Origin: an uncultured Chlorobium sp.
GTDB taxonomy: Bacteria; Bacteroidota; Chlorobiia; Chlorobiales; Chlorobiaceae
NCBI GenBank assembly: GCA_964389595.1
Contig: CAYMEL010000002.1
Span: 20,278-84,277, forward strand
Direction: 5' to 3'
Length of the DNA stretch: 64,000 nt
Part shown: one piece after another, positions 22,564 to 31,860 of the stretch
Layout of the letters: each line of letters begins with the position of its first letter
How positions within the stretch are numbered: the stretch's first letter is position 1
Notes under the pieces: generated by a model
The model's input: only the letters and a program-made list of their open reading frames with translations
Told to the model about the DNA's origin: nothing
Databases searched by the model: none
Made by a program: the position numbers and the translations under genes

Positions 22564-24042
22564 ATGACCAGAAGCACTTGCAAAGTTCTTTATGTGTCTG
22601 GTGAAATTTCTCCATTTGTAAGGATCAGTTCTCTCGCCGATTTCATGGCGTCCTTTCCTCAGGCCATGGAAGATGAAGGCTGTGAAGCACGCATAATGAT
22701 GCCTAAATACGGGGTGATCAATGATCGCAAATTTCGCCTTCACGATGTCCTTCGGCTTTCAGATATTAAAGTTCCCCTGAAAGACAAGACCGATTTGCTT
22801 CACGTAAAGGTTACGGCTCTCCCGTCAAGCAAGATACAGACCTATTTTCTCTATAACGAAAAGTATTTCAAGCGTAACGGTCTTTTTGTCGACATGGCCC
22901 AGGGAGATAATTTCAAGGGCAGTGCCGAAAGGGTGATATTTTTCAATCTCGGTATTCTTGAAACCCTGCAAAGACTTGGCTGGAGACCCGATATCATTCA
23001 TTTTCATGACTGGTATGCGAGTCTTGTTCCCCTGTTACTGAAAACAGTTTATGCCGATAACGCCTTTTTCAAAGGGATAAAAACGGTATTGACCCTTCAC
23101 AATGCACATCTCCAGGGTGTTTTTCCGCTCAAGCCCTTCAAGAAACTGCTGCCTGAAGCCATGATCGACGGGTTGCATACTGAAGGTGATGAGATGGTCA
23201 ACATGCTGTTCACCGGTATGGAGCATGCCGACAGCATCGCAACGACGTCATCGAGGTATGCCGGGCTCATAAGCGCCGATACAGAAGCAACTCATGGTGT
23301 CAACAAGATCCTTGCTTCACGGGGAAATCATCTGGAAGGTATTCTGAACGGGCTCGATACCAAGCAGTGGAATCCCTCTTCGGACAAGCTTATCAAAAAG
23401 AAATTCGATACAGACAGGCTCGAAGAGAAGCTCGAAAACAAGAAGTACCTGCTTGAAGAGCTGAAGATGTCCTTTGACGAGGATGTTCCCCTTATCGGGG
23501 CTATGGTGAATTTTGATCGTTTTCAGGGAATCGAGCTTGTGCTCGACGCGCTGGACAAGCTGATGAAACTCGATGTACGGGTGGTTCTTTCCGGTTCGGG
23601 CAACAAGGATATCCAGAAAAAGCTGCAGGATGCCGCCGAGAAATACGGGGAAAAGCTCGGGCTTAATTTTGAGTTTACCGATGCGTTTTTCCATCAGATA
23701 ATGGCTTCTGCCGATATGCTGCTTATGCCGGGCCGGCTGGAATCATGCGGCATGATGCAGTTTTTCGCGATGCGCTACGGAGCTCTTCCGATTGTTTACG
23801 GCGGTGGGGGGATTGCAGAAACCGTTGACGAGATCGACACGGACCATGGCGGTTCGGGTTTTGTGTTTGATGAATACACTTCTGACGCACTTGTGCGGAA
23901 GATCGACGAGGCGCTTTCGGTCTATCGGGATCGGGATCGATGGGCCAGGCTCGTGACGGATGCCATGGAAAGGAATATGACCTGGAAGAAGTCAGCTGAG
24001 AAGTATGCCGGAATCTACCTCGATCTGCTTGAACGTCCATGA
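22564..24042 (+). CDS. glycogen/starch synthase family GT-B protein with degenerate catalytic motifs
   Basis: PDIIHFHDW, LTLHN, GILNGLD, ESCG..Q..AMRYG; KTGGL replaced by RISSL. Confidence 0.8.
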   Translation: MTRSTCKVLYVSGEISPFVRISSLADFMASFPQAMEDEGCEARIMMPKYGVINDRKFRLHDVLRLSDIKVPLKDKTDLLHVKVTALPSSKIQTYFLYNEKYFKRNGLFVDMAQGDNFKGSAERVIFFNLGILETLQRLGWRPDIIHFHDWYASLVPLLLKTVYADNAFFKGIKTVLTLHNAHLQGVFPLKPFKKLLPEAMIDGLHTEGDEMVNMLFTGMEHADSIATTSSRYAGLISADTEATHGVNKILASRGNHLEGILNGLDTKQWNPSSDKLIKKKFDTDRLEEKLENKKYLLEELKMSFDEDVPLIGAMVNFDRFQGIELVLDALDKLMKLDVRVVLSGSGNKDIQKKLQDAAEKYGEKLGLNFEFTDAFFHQIMASADMLLMPGRLESCGMMQFFAMRYGALPIVYGGGGIAETVDEIDTDHGGSGFVFDEYTSDALVRKIDEALSVYRDRDRWARLVTDAMERNMTWKKSAEKYAGIYLDLLERP

Positions 24043-24049
24043 GGGTACG

Positions 24050-24646
24050 GTGAGAAAGGTAAAGGTATTGTTTCTTGACCGGGATGGCACGATCAACCGC
24101 GATATAGGTACCTACGTCACGACGAGGGAACAGTTCAGGCTGATTGACGGGGCAGACAAGGCAATAGCTCTTGCAAAGCAGGCAGGCTATCAAATTGTCA
24201 TCATCACCAATCAGGCAGGTATTGCCAAAGGTATCGTCAGCGAGGAGCAGGTTGAGGATATTCATCGATATCTGAACGAACTGCTCGCCGAGAGTGACAC
24301 TTCTTTTGACCATAGTTATTACTGTCCTACCCATCCGGACTATCCCCATCCCGAATATGACCGTTTTGCATGGTGCAGAAAGCCCGAAACCGGGATGGTT
24401 GACCGGGCGGTTGCAGATTATCTTTCCCTGGGGTATGAAGTCGACAAGTCGCAGTCGTTTTTTATCGGCGACAAGACGGTTGATGTCGAGTGCGGCTTAC
24501 GTGCAGGCCTTCGTCCCATTCTTGTCAGGACGGGTCATGGAGAAGAGGCGCTCTGCCGTGAAAAGGGAATTGTCCCTGAATTCGTCGCGGACAACCTTTA
24601 CCAGGCGATAACGGAGCATGTCTTGGGGCAGTGCAGTGACAGGTAA
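24050..24646 (+). CDS. gmhB: D,D-heptose 1,7-bisphosphate phosphatase (HAD IIIA)
   Basis: FLDRDGTIN, ITNQAGI, YCPTHP..CRKP..GM, IGDK..D; GTG at 24050 with GAGGG RBS. Confidence 0.85.
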   Translation: MRKVKVLFLDRDGTINRDIGTYVTTREQFRLIDGADKAIALAKQAGYQIVIITNQAGIAKGIVSEEQVEDIHRYLNELLAESDTSFDHSYYCPTHPDYPHPEYDRFAWCRKPETGMVDRAVADYLSLGYEVDKSQSFFIGDKTVDVECGLRAGLRPILVRTGHGEEALCREKGIVPEFVADNLYQAITEHVLGQCSDR

Positions 24647-24663
24647 CAAGTGACCGGTAACAT
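24636..24663. repeat. four imperfect 7-nt tandem units (GTRAC-NN)
   Basis: GTGACAG GTAACAA GTGACCG GTAACAT spanning the gmhB stop. Confidence 0.7.
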
Positions 24664-24669
24664 CAGGTT

Positions 24670-25818
24670 TTGGGTTTGCATTGCTATGTACACATTCCTT
24701 TCTGCAGGGAACGATGCAGTTACTGTGATTTTTTCCTCGTAACGAGACAGGATCTGCAGGACCGTTTTTTTGCTGCGCTTCATGAAGAAACCGCCCAAAG
24801 GTTTCCTGATGATGGAGGGAGCACCGTTTCCTCAATTCATTTCGGGGGCGGAACCCCGTCTTTGGTTCCCGTTTACTTTCTGGAAGAATGGCTCGGAACG
24901 CTTTCAAGGCATGCTACGCTGAGTGACAGCGTAGAGATCACCCTTGAAGCGAACCCTGAGGATCTGACCCCTGAAAAACTTTTTGAACTTGCTGCTCTGG
25001 GTGTGAACCGGCTCAGTATCGGAGTGCAGTCTTTTATTCCTGAAAAGTTACGGGCACTGGGGCGTTTGCATACTGCCGGGGAGGCTTTGCGTGTGACAGA
25101 CAGGGCACTGCACCTGATTGGTAATGTCAGTGTCGACCTTATCTGCGGTGCCGAAGGGGAGTCTCCCGGGGTCTGGGAGCGGGACCTGGGTACATTTGTA
25201 TCCAGCGGCGTACCGCATGTATCGGTTTACATGCTTACCCTTGAGAAAAAGACACGGCTTGAAAGTCTCGCAAGAAGGGGATTGGTGTCTCTGCCCGATG
25301 AGAGTGTCCAGGCTGTCATGTATATGAAGGCATGTGAACTGCTTGAAGCTGAAGGGTTTGAACATTATGAGGTTTCGAATTTTTCAAAACCGGGATTCTT
25401 TTCCCGTTATAATCTGGGATGCTGGCAAAGGGAATCGTATCTTGGTTTCGGTCCCTCCGCGCACAGTTTTGTTGTTTCTGGAAGTCGTGAAGTGCGAAGT
25501 GCGAACGTCAGCAGCCTGATACGCTATATGGCGTCTCCGCGGCAGGCTCAGGAGCATCGTGAAGTGCTCTCTCCGGAAGAGCAGATCGATGAGATGATTT
25601 TTCTTTCCCTGCGGCTTTCAGCCGGATTAGGATGCGAGGATCTGCTGCGTTTTCATAAAGGAAACCGCGATGTGCTCCAAAGAGTGGAGCGCTTGAAGGA
25701 GCAGGGTTTGCTTGAAGTTCGTGACTCTGTCTTAAAGGTTTCAAGCAGAGGGTTTCTGTTTGCAGACAAAATTGCAGAAGACCTGCTGCCCGCAGGAACA
25801 AGTCGGCAGGAAAAATGA
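24670..25818 (+). CDS. hemW: radical SAM heme chaperone HemW
   Basis: YVHIPFCRERCSYCDF, HFGGGTPS, RLSIGVQSF, HYEVSNF, GFGPSAHS. Confidence 0.88.
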   Translation: MGLHCYVHIPFCRERCSYCDFFLVTRQDLQDRFFAALHEETAQRFPDDGGSTVSSIHFGGGTPSLVPVYFLEEWLGTLSRHATLSDSVEITLEANPEDLTPEKLFELAALGVNRLSIGVQSFIPEKLRALGRLHTAGEALRVTDRALHLIGNVSVDLICGAEGESPGVWERDLGTFVSSGVPHVSVYMLTLEKKTRLESLARRGLVSLPDESVQAVMYMKACELLEAEGFEHYEVSNFSKPGFFSRYNLGCWQRESYLGFGPSAHSFVVSGSREVRSANVSSLIRYMASPRQAQEHREVLSPEEQIDEMIFLSLRLSAGLGCEDLLRFHKGNRDVLQRVERLKEQGLLEVRDSVLKVSSRGFLFADKIAEDLLPAGTSRQEK

Positions 25819-25841
25819 CTAATGACTATTTACTACTGAAT
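25814..25841. repeat. imperfect 7-nt tandem units (AATGACT type)
   Basis: AATGACT AATGACT ATTTACT ACTGAAT spanning the hemW stop. Confidence 0.6.
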
Positions 25842-25913
25842 ATTGGGTAAGGGGTGATAAACCTGTTATTAGAGTTGCTGTCGAGCCGACCGGCTGTCCG
25901 GCAATTATAAAAG

Positions 25914-28547
25914 ATGCCTATGGATCACAAGAGGATACATACCGGTATTGCCGTGGCGCTGTTTCTGTTTACCGAAGCCGTCTATCTGATGACCATGGCT
26001 CCCACCCTCTCTTTCTGGGATTGCGGCGAGTTTATCGCCACATCGTATACCCTCGGTGTTCCACATCCTCCGGGTGCTCCTCTTTTTCTTCTTGTCGGCC
26101 GGTTCTTTTCCATGGTTCCTTTTTTTGAGGATATCGGCGCCAGGGTCAATCTGCTGAGCACCTTGTCTGCTTCGGCTACCGTACTGCTCACCTATCTGAT
26201 CATTCATCGACTGATTGCCATCTATCGGAAGAGCGATCCCCGTTCATGGAGTGGTTCCGAGCGGCTCTCGGCCTATGGCGGAGCGATTGTGGGGGCGCTT
26301 GCGCTTGCATTTTCCGACAGCTTCTGGTTCAATGCGGTTGAAACAGAAGTGTATGCACCATCACTTTTTTTTACCGCACTTGTTGTCTGGTTTACTCTGC
26401 GGTGGTTTGAAGATGACCCGCGAGAGGGGAGCGAGCGCTGGCTGATGGCTGCGATGTATGTTATCGGCCTGTCGATAGGAGTACATCTCCTGAGTATTCT
26501 GGCGATTTTTGCTGTTATCATGGTGTACTACTATAAAAAGCACGAATTTTCTGTTCCTTCGTTTCTGTTGATGATGGGTGCTGCGTCGGCGGCTTTTCTG
26601 CTGGTGTATATCGGCGTTATCAAAGGAGTGCCGATCCTTCTGCAGATGACCTCATGGTGGGGGATCGCTCTGCTTCTCGGTGGAATACTCTATGCGGTGC
26701 ATTACGCTCATGTGAATCGGCATAGACTCTTGCATACGGTAAGCATGTCGCTGTTTCTCCTGATTGTCGGTTACACGTCATACGCACTGATCTACGTTCG
26801 CGCCAACGCTTCGCCATCCATAAACGAGAACAATCCTTCAACAGGAGAGGCCTTTTTTGCCTATCTGAACCGTGAACAGTATGGTGACTTTCCTTTGTGG
26901 CCCAGGCGCTGGTCGCAGGATCCGGTGCACCAGTTTTTTTACCAGCAGTACGGAAGCGACCCGGACTATTTTTTCCGTTACCAGTTGGAGCACATGTATT
27001 TGCGGTATTTCAAATGGCAGTTCATCGGTCGTGAAAATGATGGCGAAGGGGCGGGAGCCGACTGGTCGCAGCTCTGGGGTGTCCCTTTTCTTGTGGGTCT
27101 TTTCGGGGCTTTCTCGCATTTCCGCCGTGACTGGAAAATGAGCTCGGTTATCACTGCGCTTTTTATTCTTACCGGAGCGGCTCTCGTTATTTATCTCAAC
27201 CAGACGGAACCGCAGCCAAGAGAGCGTGACTATAGCTATACGGGAAGCTTTTTTGCGTTTGCCGTCTGGATCGGTATAGGTGCGGAAAACCTTATCAGGT
27301 TTATTCGTAAAGGATTTGCCGATACGCAGCTGAAGAACATTTTGTCTGTCATCGTTTTCGGCGTACTGTTGCTTGCGGTGGACGGCAGGATGCTCTATGC
27401 CAATTACCATACCCACGATCGGTCGGGCAACTATGTGCCCTGGGACTGGGCGTGGAACATGTTGCAGAGCTGCGGGAAGGATGCCATTTTGTTTACCAAC
27501 GGCGATAACGATACCTTTCCGCTCTGGTACTTGCAAGAGGTAGAGGGAATAAGGACCGATGTACGGGTTGTCAATCTCAGTCTTGCCAATACCGGTTGGT
27601 ACCTCGACCAGTTGAAGAACACTTCTCCCAACGGGGCAAAAAAAATAGCTATGAGCCTCAGCGACAGAGAACTCAGAGAGATCAGCTATGTTGCCATACA
27701 GCCTGTCGAAGTCGAGCTTTCTGCCGGTTCTGCAAGAGAGGCACTTGTAAAAGAATATGATGCAATAGGGCTCGATGTTCCTGATGGGCTTGTCGATACC
27801 CTTCGATGGCAGATTATGCCGACAGTTACCTATCGTGGTCAGGGTTTTCTAAGGCCCCAGGACATAGCTGTCTATGAAATCCTGATGAACAATTTCACGA
27901 CACGCCCGATTTATTTCGCCATTACGGTAGGTCGTGACAACCTGCTCGGTCTTGACAGCTATCTTCGCCTTGACGGTCTTGCATACAGGATTGTTCCTGT
28001 AAAAAGCGGTGAAGAGAGTAATTTTGTGGATCCGGCAAGGCTCTGGACAAACCTCTGCAGTGTGTTCCGTTACCGCAACCTCAACGATCCGAAGGTCTAC
28101 CTCGAGGAGACATCGCGCCGCCTGAGCGGAAGCTACAAACCTTTGTTTACCAGCCTTGCTGCCAGGCTTGCGGAAAAACCTGAAAGGAAAATCATGGTCA
28201 GGGGCGAAAGTGGTGAAGCCCGCAGGGTAGCAGGGAGGGAACTTGCTCTTGAAGCGCTTGACAGGTCGCAGGAATTTCTGCCGCTGAAGCTGTTCGGGCT
28301 CGAACCGGGGATTGCCGCATCGGTTGTCTCGCTTTATGTTTCTCTGGGTGAAAAGGAGAAAGCCGGTCCGTATATTGAGTATCTCGAAAAAGCAGCCCGG
28401 GTAAAAACCTTGCGTGAATCTCCCGAGGTTCATTATGCGCTCGCGCTTGTGTTGCGTGAGATCGGGCGGATCGAAGAGTCGGAAAAAATTATGGATCGGC
28501 TGTTCAGGGAGATTGATGAGAACAGGATTGAATTACCGAATCAATAA
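25914..28547 (+). CDS. DUF2723 / TMEM260-like integral membrane glycosyltransferase candidate
   Basis: FWDCGEFIA, PHPPGAP, SFWFNAVETEVYA, RERDYSY, FTNGDNDTFPLWY. Confidence 0.85.
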   Translation: MPMDHKRIHTGIAVALFLFTEAVYLMTMAPTLSFWDCGEFIATSYTLGVPHPPGAPLFLLVGRFFSMVPFFEDIGARVNLLSTLSASATVLLTYLIIHRLIAIYRKSDPRSWSGSERLSAYGGAIVGALALAFSDSFWFNAVETEVYAPSLFFTALVVWFTLRWFEDDPREGSERWLMAAMYVIGLSIGVHLLSILAIFAVIMVYYYKKHEFSVPSFLLMMGAASAAFLLVYIGVIKGVPILLQMTSWWGIALLLGGILYAVHYAHVNRHRLLHTVSMSLFLLIVGYTSYALIYVRANASPSINENNPSTGEAFFAYLNREQYGDFPLWPRRWSQDPVHQFFYQQYGSDPDYFFRYQLEHMYLRYFKWQFIGRENDGEGAGADWSQLWGVPFLVGLFGAFSHFRRDWKMSSVITALFILTGAALVIYLNQTEPQPRERDYSYTGSFFAFAVWIGIGAENLIRFIRKGFADTQLKNILSVIVFGVLLLAVDGRMLYANYHTHDRSGNYVPWDWAWNMLQSCGKDAILFTNGDNDTFPLWYLQEVEGIRTDVRVVNLSLANTGWYLDQLKNTSPNGAKKIAMSLSDRELREISYVAIQPVEVELSAGSAREALVKEYDAIGLDVPDGLVDTLRWQIMPTVTYRGQGFLRPQDIAVYEILMNNFTTRPIYFAITVGRDNLLGLDSYLRLDGLAYRIVPVKSGEESNFVDPARLWTNLCSVFRYRNLNDPKVYLEETSRRLSGSYKPLFTSLAARLAEKPERKIMVRGESGEARRVAGRELALEALDRSQEFLPLKLFGLEPGIAASVVSLYVSLGEKEKAGPYIEYLEKAARVKTLRESPEVHYALALVLREIGRIEESEKIMDRLFREIDENRIELPNQ

Positions 28548-28555
28548 AACAACTA

Positions 28556-29356
28556 TTGATGGAACGTTGTATACATTCGACAGCAGTAGTCGGGCAGAAT
28601 GCTGAAATCGGCGAAGGAGTTGCAATAGGACCTTATGCGGTTATCGAAGACGATGTCGTTATCGGGGATAACACTCAAATCGGCCCCCATGTACAGATTG
28701 CAGATGGTGCGCGTTTGGGGCGGAATTGCAAGGTATTTGCCGGAGCAGTCCTCTCCAGCGTCCCCCAGGACCTTAAGTTCGAGGGTGAAAAAACATACCT
28801 GCGTGTCGGTGATCGAACGGTTATCAGGGAGTATGTTACCCTGAACAGGGGAACCAAAGCAAACGGTGAAACTTTGGTCGGCTCTGACAATTTTATTATG
28901 GCCTATGTTCATGCGGGCCATGACTGCATCATAGGGAATCATGTCATTATCGCCAATTCAGTTCAGTTCGGCGGTCATTGCAAGGTTGAGGATTATGCTG
29001 TTGTAGGCGGACTTGCCGGTGTGCACCAGTTTGTGCGTATCGGCAAGTACGCGATGGTCGGAGGAATATCCAGGGCTTCACTCGATGTTCCTCCTTATGT
29101 GATGGCTGGAGGCCATGAGAGCTTCCGTTTTGAAGGGCTGAATCTTGTGGGGCTTAAACGAAGAGGGTTTTCTTCCGATCAGATCAATATGATCCGGCAT
29201 GTTTACAGAATAATTTTCCAGTCGGGTCTGCTCTTGAACAACGCGCTGGAAAAAGTGCAGAATGAATGTGAAAGGACAGCCGAAGTTGAGGAAATCTTGC
29301 GCTTTTTTGACACAAGCTCTGCAAAAAGGAAGTATATCAGGCCTTTTAAATCCTGA
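28556..29356 (+). CDS. lpxA: UDP-N-acetylglucosamine acyltransferase
   Basis: Hexapeptide repeats, PQDLKF, HAGHDC, HQFVRIG, GLKRRGF. Confidence 0.95.
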   Translation: MMERCIHSTAVVGQNAEIGEGVAIGPYAVIEDDVVIGDNTQIGPHVQIADGARLGRNCKVFAGAVLSSVPQDLKFEGEKTYLRVGDRTVIREYVTLNRGTKANGETLVGSDNFIMAYVHAGHDCIIGNHVIIANSVQFGGHCKVEDYAVVGGLAGVHQFVRIGKYAMVGGISRASLDVPPYVMAGGHESFRFEGLNLVGLKRRGFSSDQINMIRHVYRIIFQSGLLLNNALEKVQNECERTAEVEEILRFFDTSSAKRKYIRPFKS

Positions 29357-29393
29357 GGTGTAAAATCAGGCAAGTGTGCGGAGGGAGAAACCT

Positions 29394-30386
29394 ATGATAC
29401 GCTGGGCGATTGGGGTGGATCTTGGTGGAACGGCTGTCAAGGTTGCCGTGGTTGACGAGCATGGGCATGTTCTCGATCATGAACGGCATCCTACCAGGAT
29501 TGATGCCGGACCGGAAGGTATTGTCGAGCATATCGCTTCGCTTGTCATCATGATGTACAGCCGTTTTTGTGATGCCCTTCGACAGGAGCAGTTCGCTGGG
29601 GTAGGGCTTGGTGCACCCGGGGCGGTCGACAGCAGGGAAGGCACCCTGAGTTATCCTCCCAACTTGCCGGGATGGAAGCAGTATCCGCTGAAAAATCGGT
29701 TGCGGCACTCTCTTGCCGGTAAGCGTGATCTGGACTGGCTGCTGATTCTCGAGAACGATGCAAACATTGCCGCTTGCGGAGAGGCTGTTTTCGGGGCCGG
29801 ACGCAGGTTTGAAGATTTTATGATGATTACTCTCGGAACAGGTGTCGGCGGTGGAATCATCCTGAACAGGAAGCTTTACAGGGGAGCCCGCGGTACGGCG
29901 GGTGAAATCGGTTACATGACGATTGATTACAGTGGAAAGAGCGTCCACGCCGGTGTTCGTGGTACGGTTGAGAGTCTGATCGGAAAGAAAAGCATTGTTG
30001 CTCTGGGAATCGAGAGGTACCGGGCACATTCCGGTCAGGCCCGTTCCGAAGCGTTTCATGGTGAAGCGTTGCGTGACCTGTCGCCGAGAACCCTTGAAAA
30101 AGCGGCGAACCACGGTGACCCGGTCGCCATAGAGGTCTGGAACAGGATCGGTGCAATTTTAGGGGTCGGGCTTGCCGGTGTTGTCGCTCTCATGGATATC
30201 CGTAAATTTGTTATCGGTGGGGGCATTTCCGGTGCAGGGGAACTCATATTTTCTCCGGCGTTCGAACAACTCAAGGCGTCGACGCTTCCGTCAATGCACG
30301 AAGGTTTGGAAATTGTTCCGGCAGCGTTGGGTAACCGCGCTGGCGTGTATGGCGCGGCAGCACGGTGTTTTTCCTCGATAGAATGA
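29394..30386 (+). CDS. ROK family sugar kinase (glucokinase-like)
   Basis: GVDLGGT, ENDAN, TLGTGVGGG, GEIGY. Confidence 0.9.
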   Translation: MIRWAIGVDLGGTAVKVAVVDEHGHVLDHERHPTRIDAGPEGIVEHIASLVIMMYSRFCDALRQEQFAGVGLGAPGAVDSREGTLSYPPNLPGWKQYPLKNRLRHSLAGKRDLDWLLILENDANIAACGEAVFGAGRRFEDFMMITLGTGVGGGIILNRKLYRGARGTAGEIGYMTIDYSGKSVHAGVRGTVESLIGKKSIVALGIERYRAHSGQARSEAFHGEALRDLSPRTLEKAANHGDPVAIEVWNRIGAILGVGLAGVVALMDIRKFVIGGGISGAGELIFSPAFEQLKASTLPSMHEGLEIVPAALGNRAGVYGAAARCFSSIE

Positions 30387-30396
30387 GAAGGAAGCA

Positions 30397-31083
30397 ATGC
30401 TTGATGAAATTCTCCATCTTTTCTATCCGAGAGTATGCGCGGGATGTGCTGCGCTGCTTGTGGATAGCGAACAGGAAATCTGCCGCACATGTCTTGCCTC
30501 TTTCGACAGGTTTCCTGACGCTGATGCAGCAGATTTCGCGGTACAAGAGGTGTTCAGGCGTAACTGTCCGGAAGGAGAATGTCCCCAAAAAGCCTGGGTG
30601 CTCTACCGTTTCCATAAAGGCGATCGGCTTCAGAAAGTTATTCATTCGATGAAGTATGGAGGAGAGTACCGGCTCGGGAAAGTATTCGGAGGATTACTCG
30701 CAGAAATGATCGCTGGAAGCACAGTCGAAATACCCTATGATTGTATTGTCCCTGTTCCGCTTCACCGCATGAAAGGAATAGAGCGAACCTACAATCAGTC
30801 TGCAGTTATTGCGCGGTGTATGGGCAGGGTTCTCGGAAAAAAAGTGGGGGCAGATCTTGTGGTTCGTGAAAGACACACCCGTTCCCAGGCCGGACTGTCG
30901 CCCGGTGAAAGAAAGGTGAACGTGCACGATGCTTTCGCTCCATCAGGTAAACGTGTTCCTGAAAATATTCTGCTTGTTGACGATGTTCTCACGACCGGAT
31001 CAACGGTTGCCGCTGTGATGCACTCCCTCAGGTCTGCAGGAGCGCGGCATATCTCTCTTGCAACCGTAGCGCTTGCTGCCTGA
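30397..31083 (+). CDS. ComF family phosphoribosyltransferase-like protein
   Basis: N-terminal CxxC..CxxC, VPVPLH, YNQS, LLVDDVLTTGST. Confidence 0.9.
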   Translation: MLDEILHLFYPRVCAGCAALLVDSEQEICRTCLASFDRFPDADAADFAVQEVFRRNCPEGECPQKAWVLYRFHKGDRLQKVIHSMKYGGEYRLGKVFGGLLAEMIAGSTVEIPYDCIVPVPLHRMKGIERTYNQSAVIARCMGRVLGKKVGADLVVRERHTRSQAGLSPGERKVNVHDAFAPSGKRVPENILLVDDVLTTGSTVAAVMHSLRSAGARHISLATVALAA

Positions 31084-31101
31084 AACGCTCTGGACCAGGG
31101 T

Positions 31102-31851
31102 ATGGATCTTTTTTACACACCTTCCAACCGGATAGACCTTCCAGGGGGAACCCTTTCTGTTGAAGGAGATGAATTCTTTCATATGACAAAAGTGCTCAGA
31201 AAGAAGGAGGGCGATGAGGTTTATCTTACCGACGGTCAGGGTTTGTCGATTAAAGCGGCCATCGGAACGGTCGGCAAAGGTGTCCTGACGGCTTCGATTA
31301 TTGCATCCGAACAGGTGTCTTCACCGTCAACCAGGGTGACGGTCGCCATATCGCTTCTGAAATCATCGCAGCGTTTTGATTTTTTTCTTGAAAAAGCAAC
31401 TGAACTCGGTGTGACCGCGATTGTGCCGATGATAACGGACAGGACAGTCTCACTCCCGAAAGAAGGAAAAGTTGAAAATAAGCTTCAACGCTGGCGGAAA
31501 GTTCTGGTTTCGGCTTCGCGCCAGACAAAAAGGTATCATCTTCCTTCTCTTTCGACGCCGTTGCTTTTTGAGGAGGTTCTCGGTCTCGAAGGGTACGATA
31601 TGAAATTTCTGCCTTATGAATCATCCGGAACAAAACCGTGCGGGGCATCGTTTACAGGAAAAAATGTGTTGTTTATCATTGGAGGTGAAGGAGGGTTCAG
31701 AGAAGAAGAGGTATGCCGTGCCGGTGAAGCGGGTTTTTCTGAAATATCATTCGGCCGCTCGATTCTCCGTTCGGAAACGGCTGGTGTTTTCGCTGTCGCC
31801 ATGGTCCGTTCTCAGGTCCTCATGAATGAACTGCCGGATAAATGGATGTAA
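31102..31851 (+). CDS. rsmE: 16S rRNA m3U1498 methyltransferase RsmE
   Basis: HMTKVLR, EKATELGV, IGGEGGF, ILRSETA. Confidence 0.93.
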   Translation: MDLFYTPSNRIDLPGGTLSVEGDEFFHMTKVLRKKEGDEVYLTDGQGLSIKAAIGTVGKGVLTASIIASEQVSSPSTRVTVAISLLKSSQRFDFFLEKATELGVTAIVPMITDRTVSLPKEGKVENKLQRWRKVLVSASRQTKRYHLPSLSTPLLFEEVLGLEGYDMKFLPYESSGTKPCGASFTGKNVLFIIGGEGGFREEEVCRAGEAGFSEISFGRSILRSETAGVFAVAMVRSQVLMNELPDKWM

Positions 31852-31860
31852 GGCTCAGCT

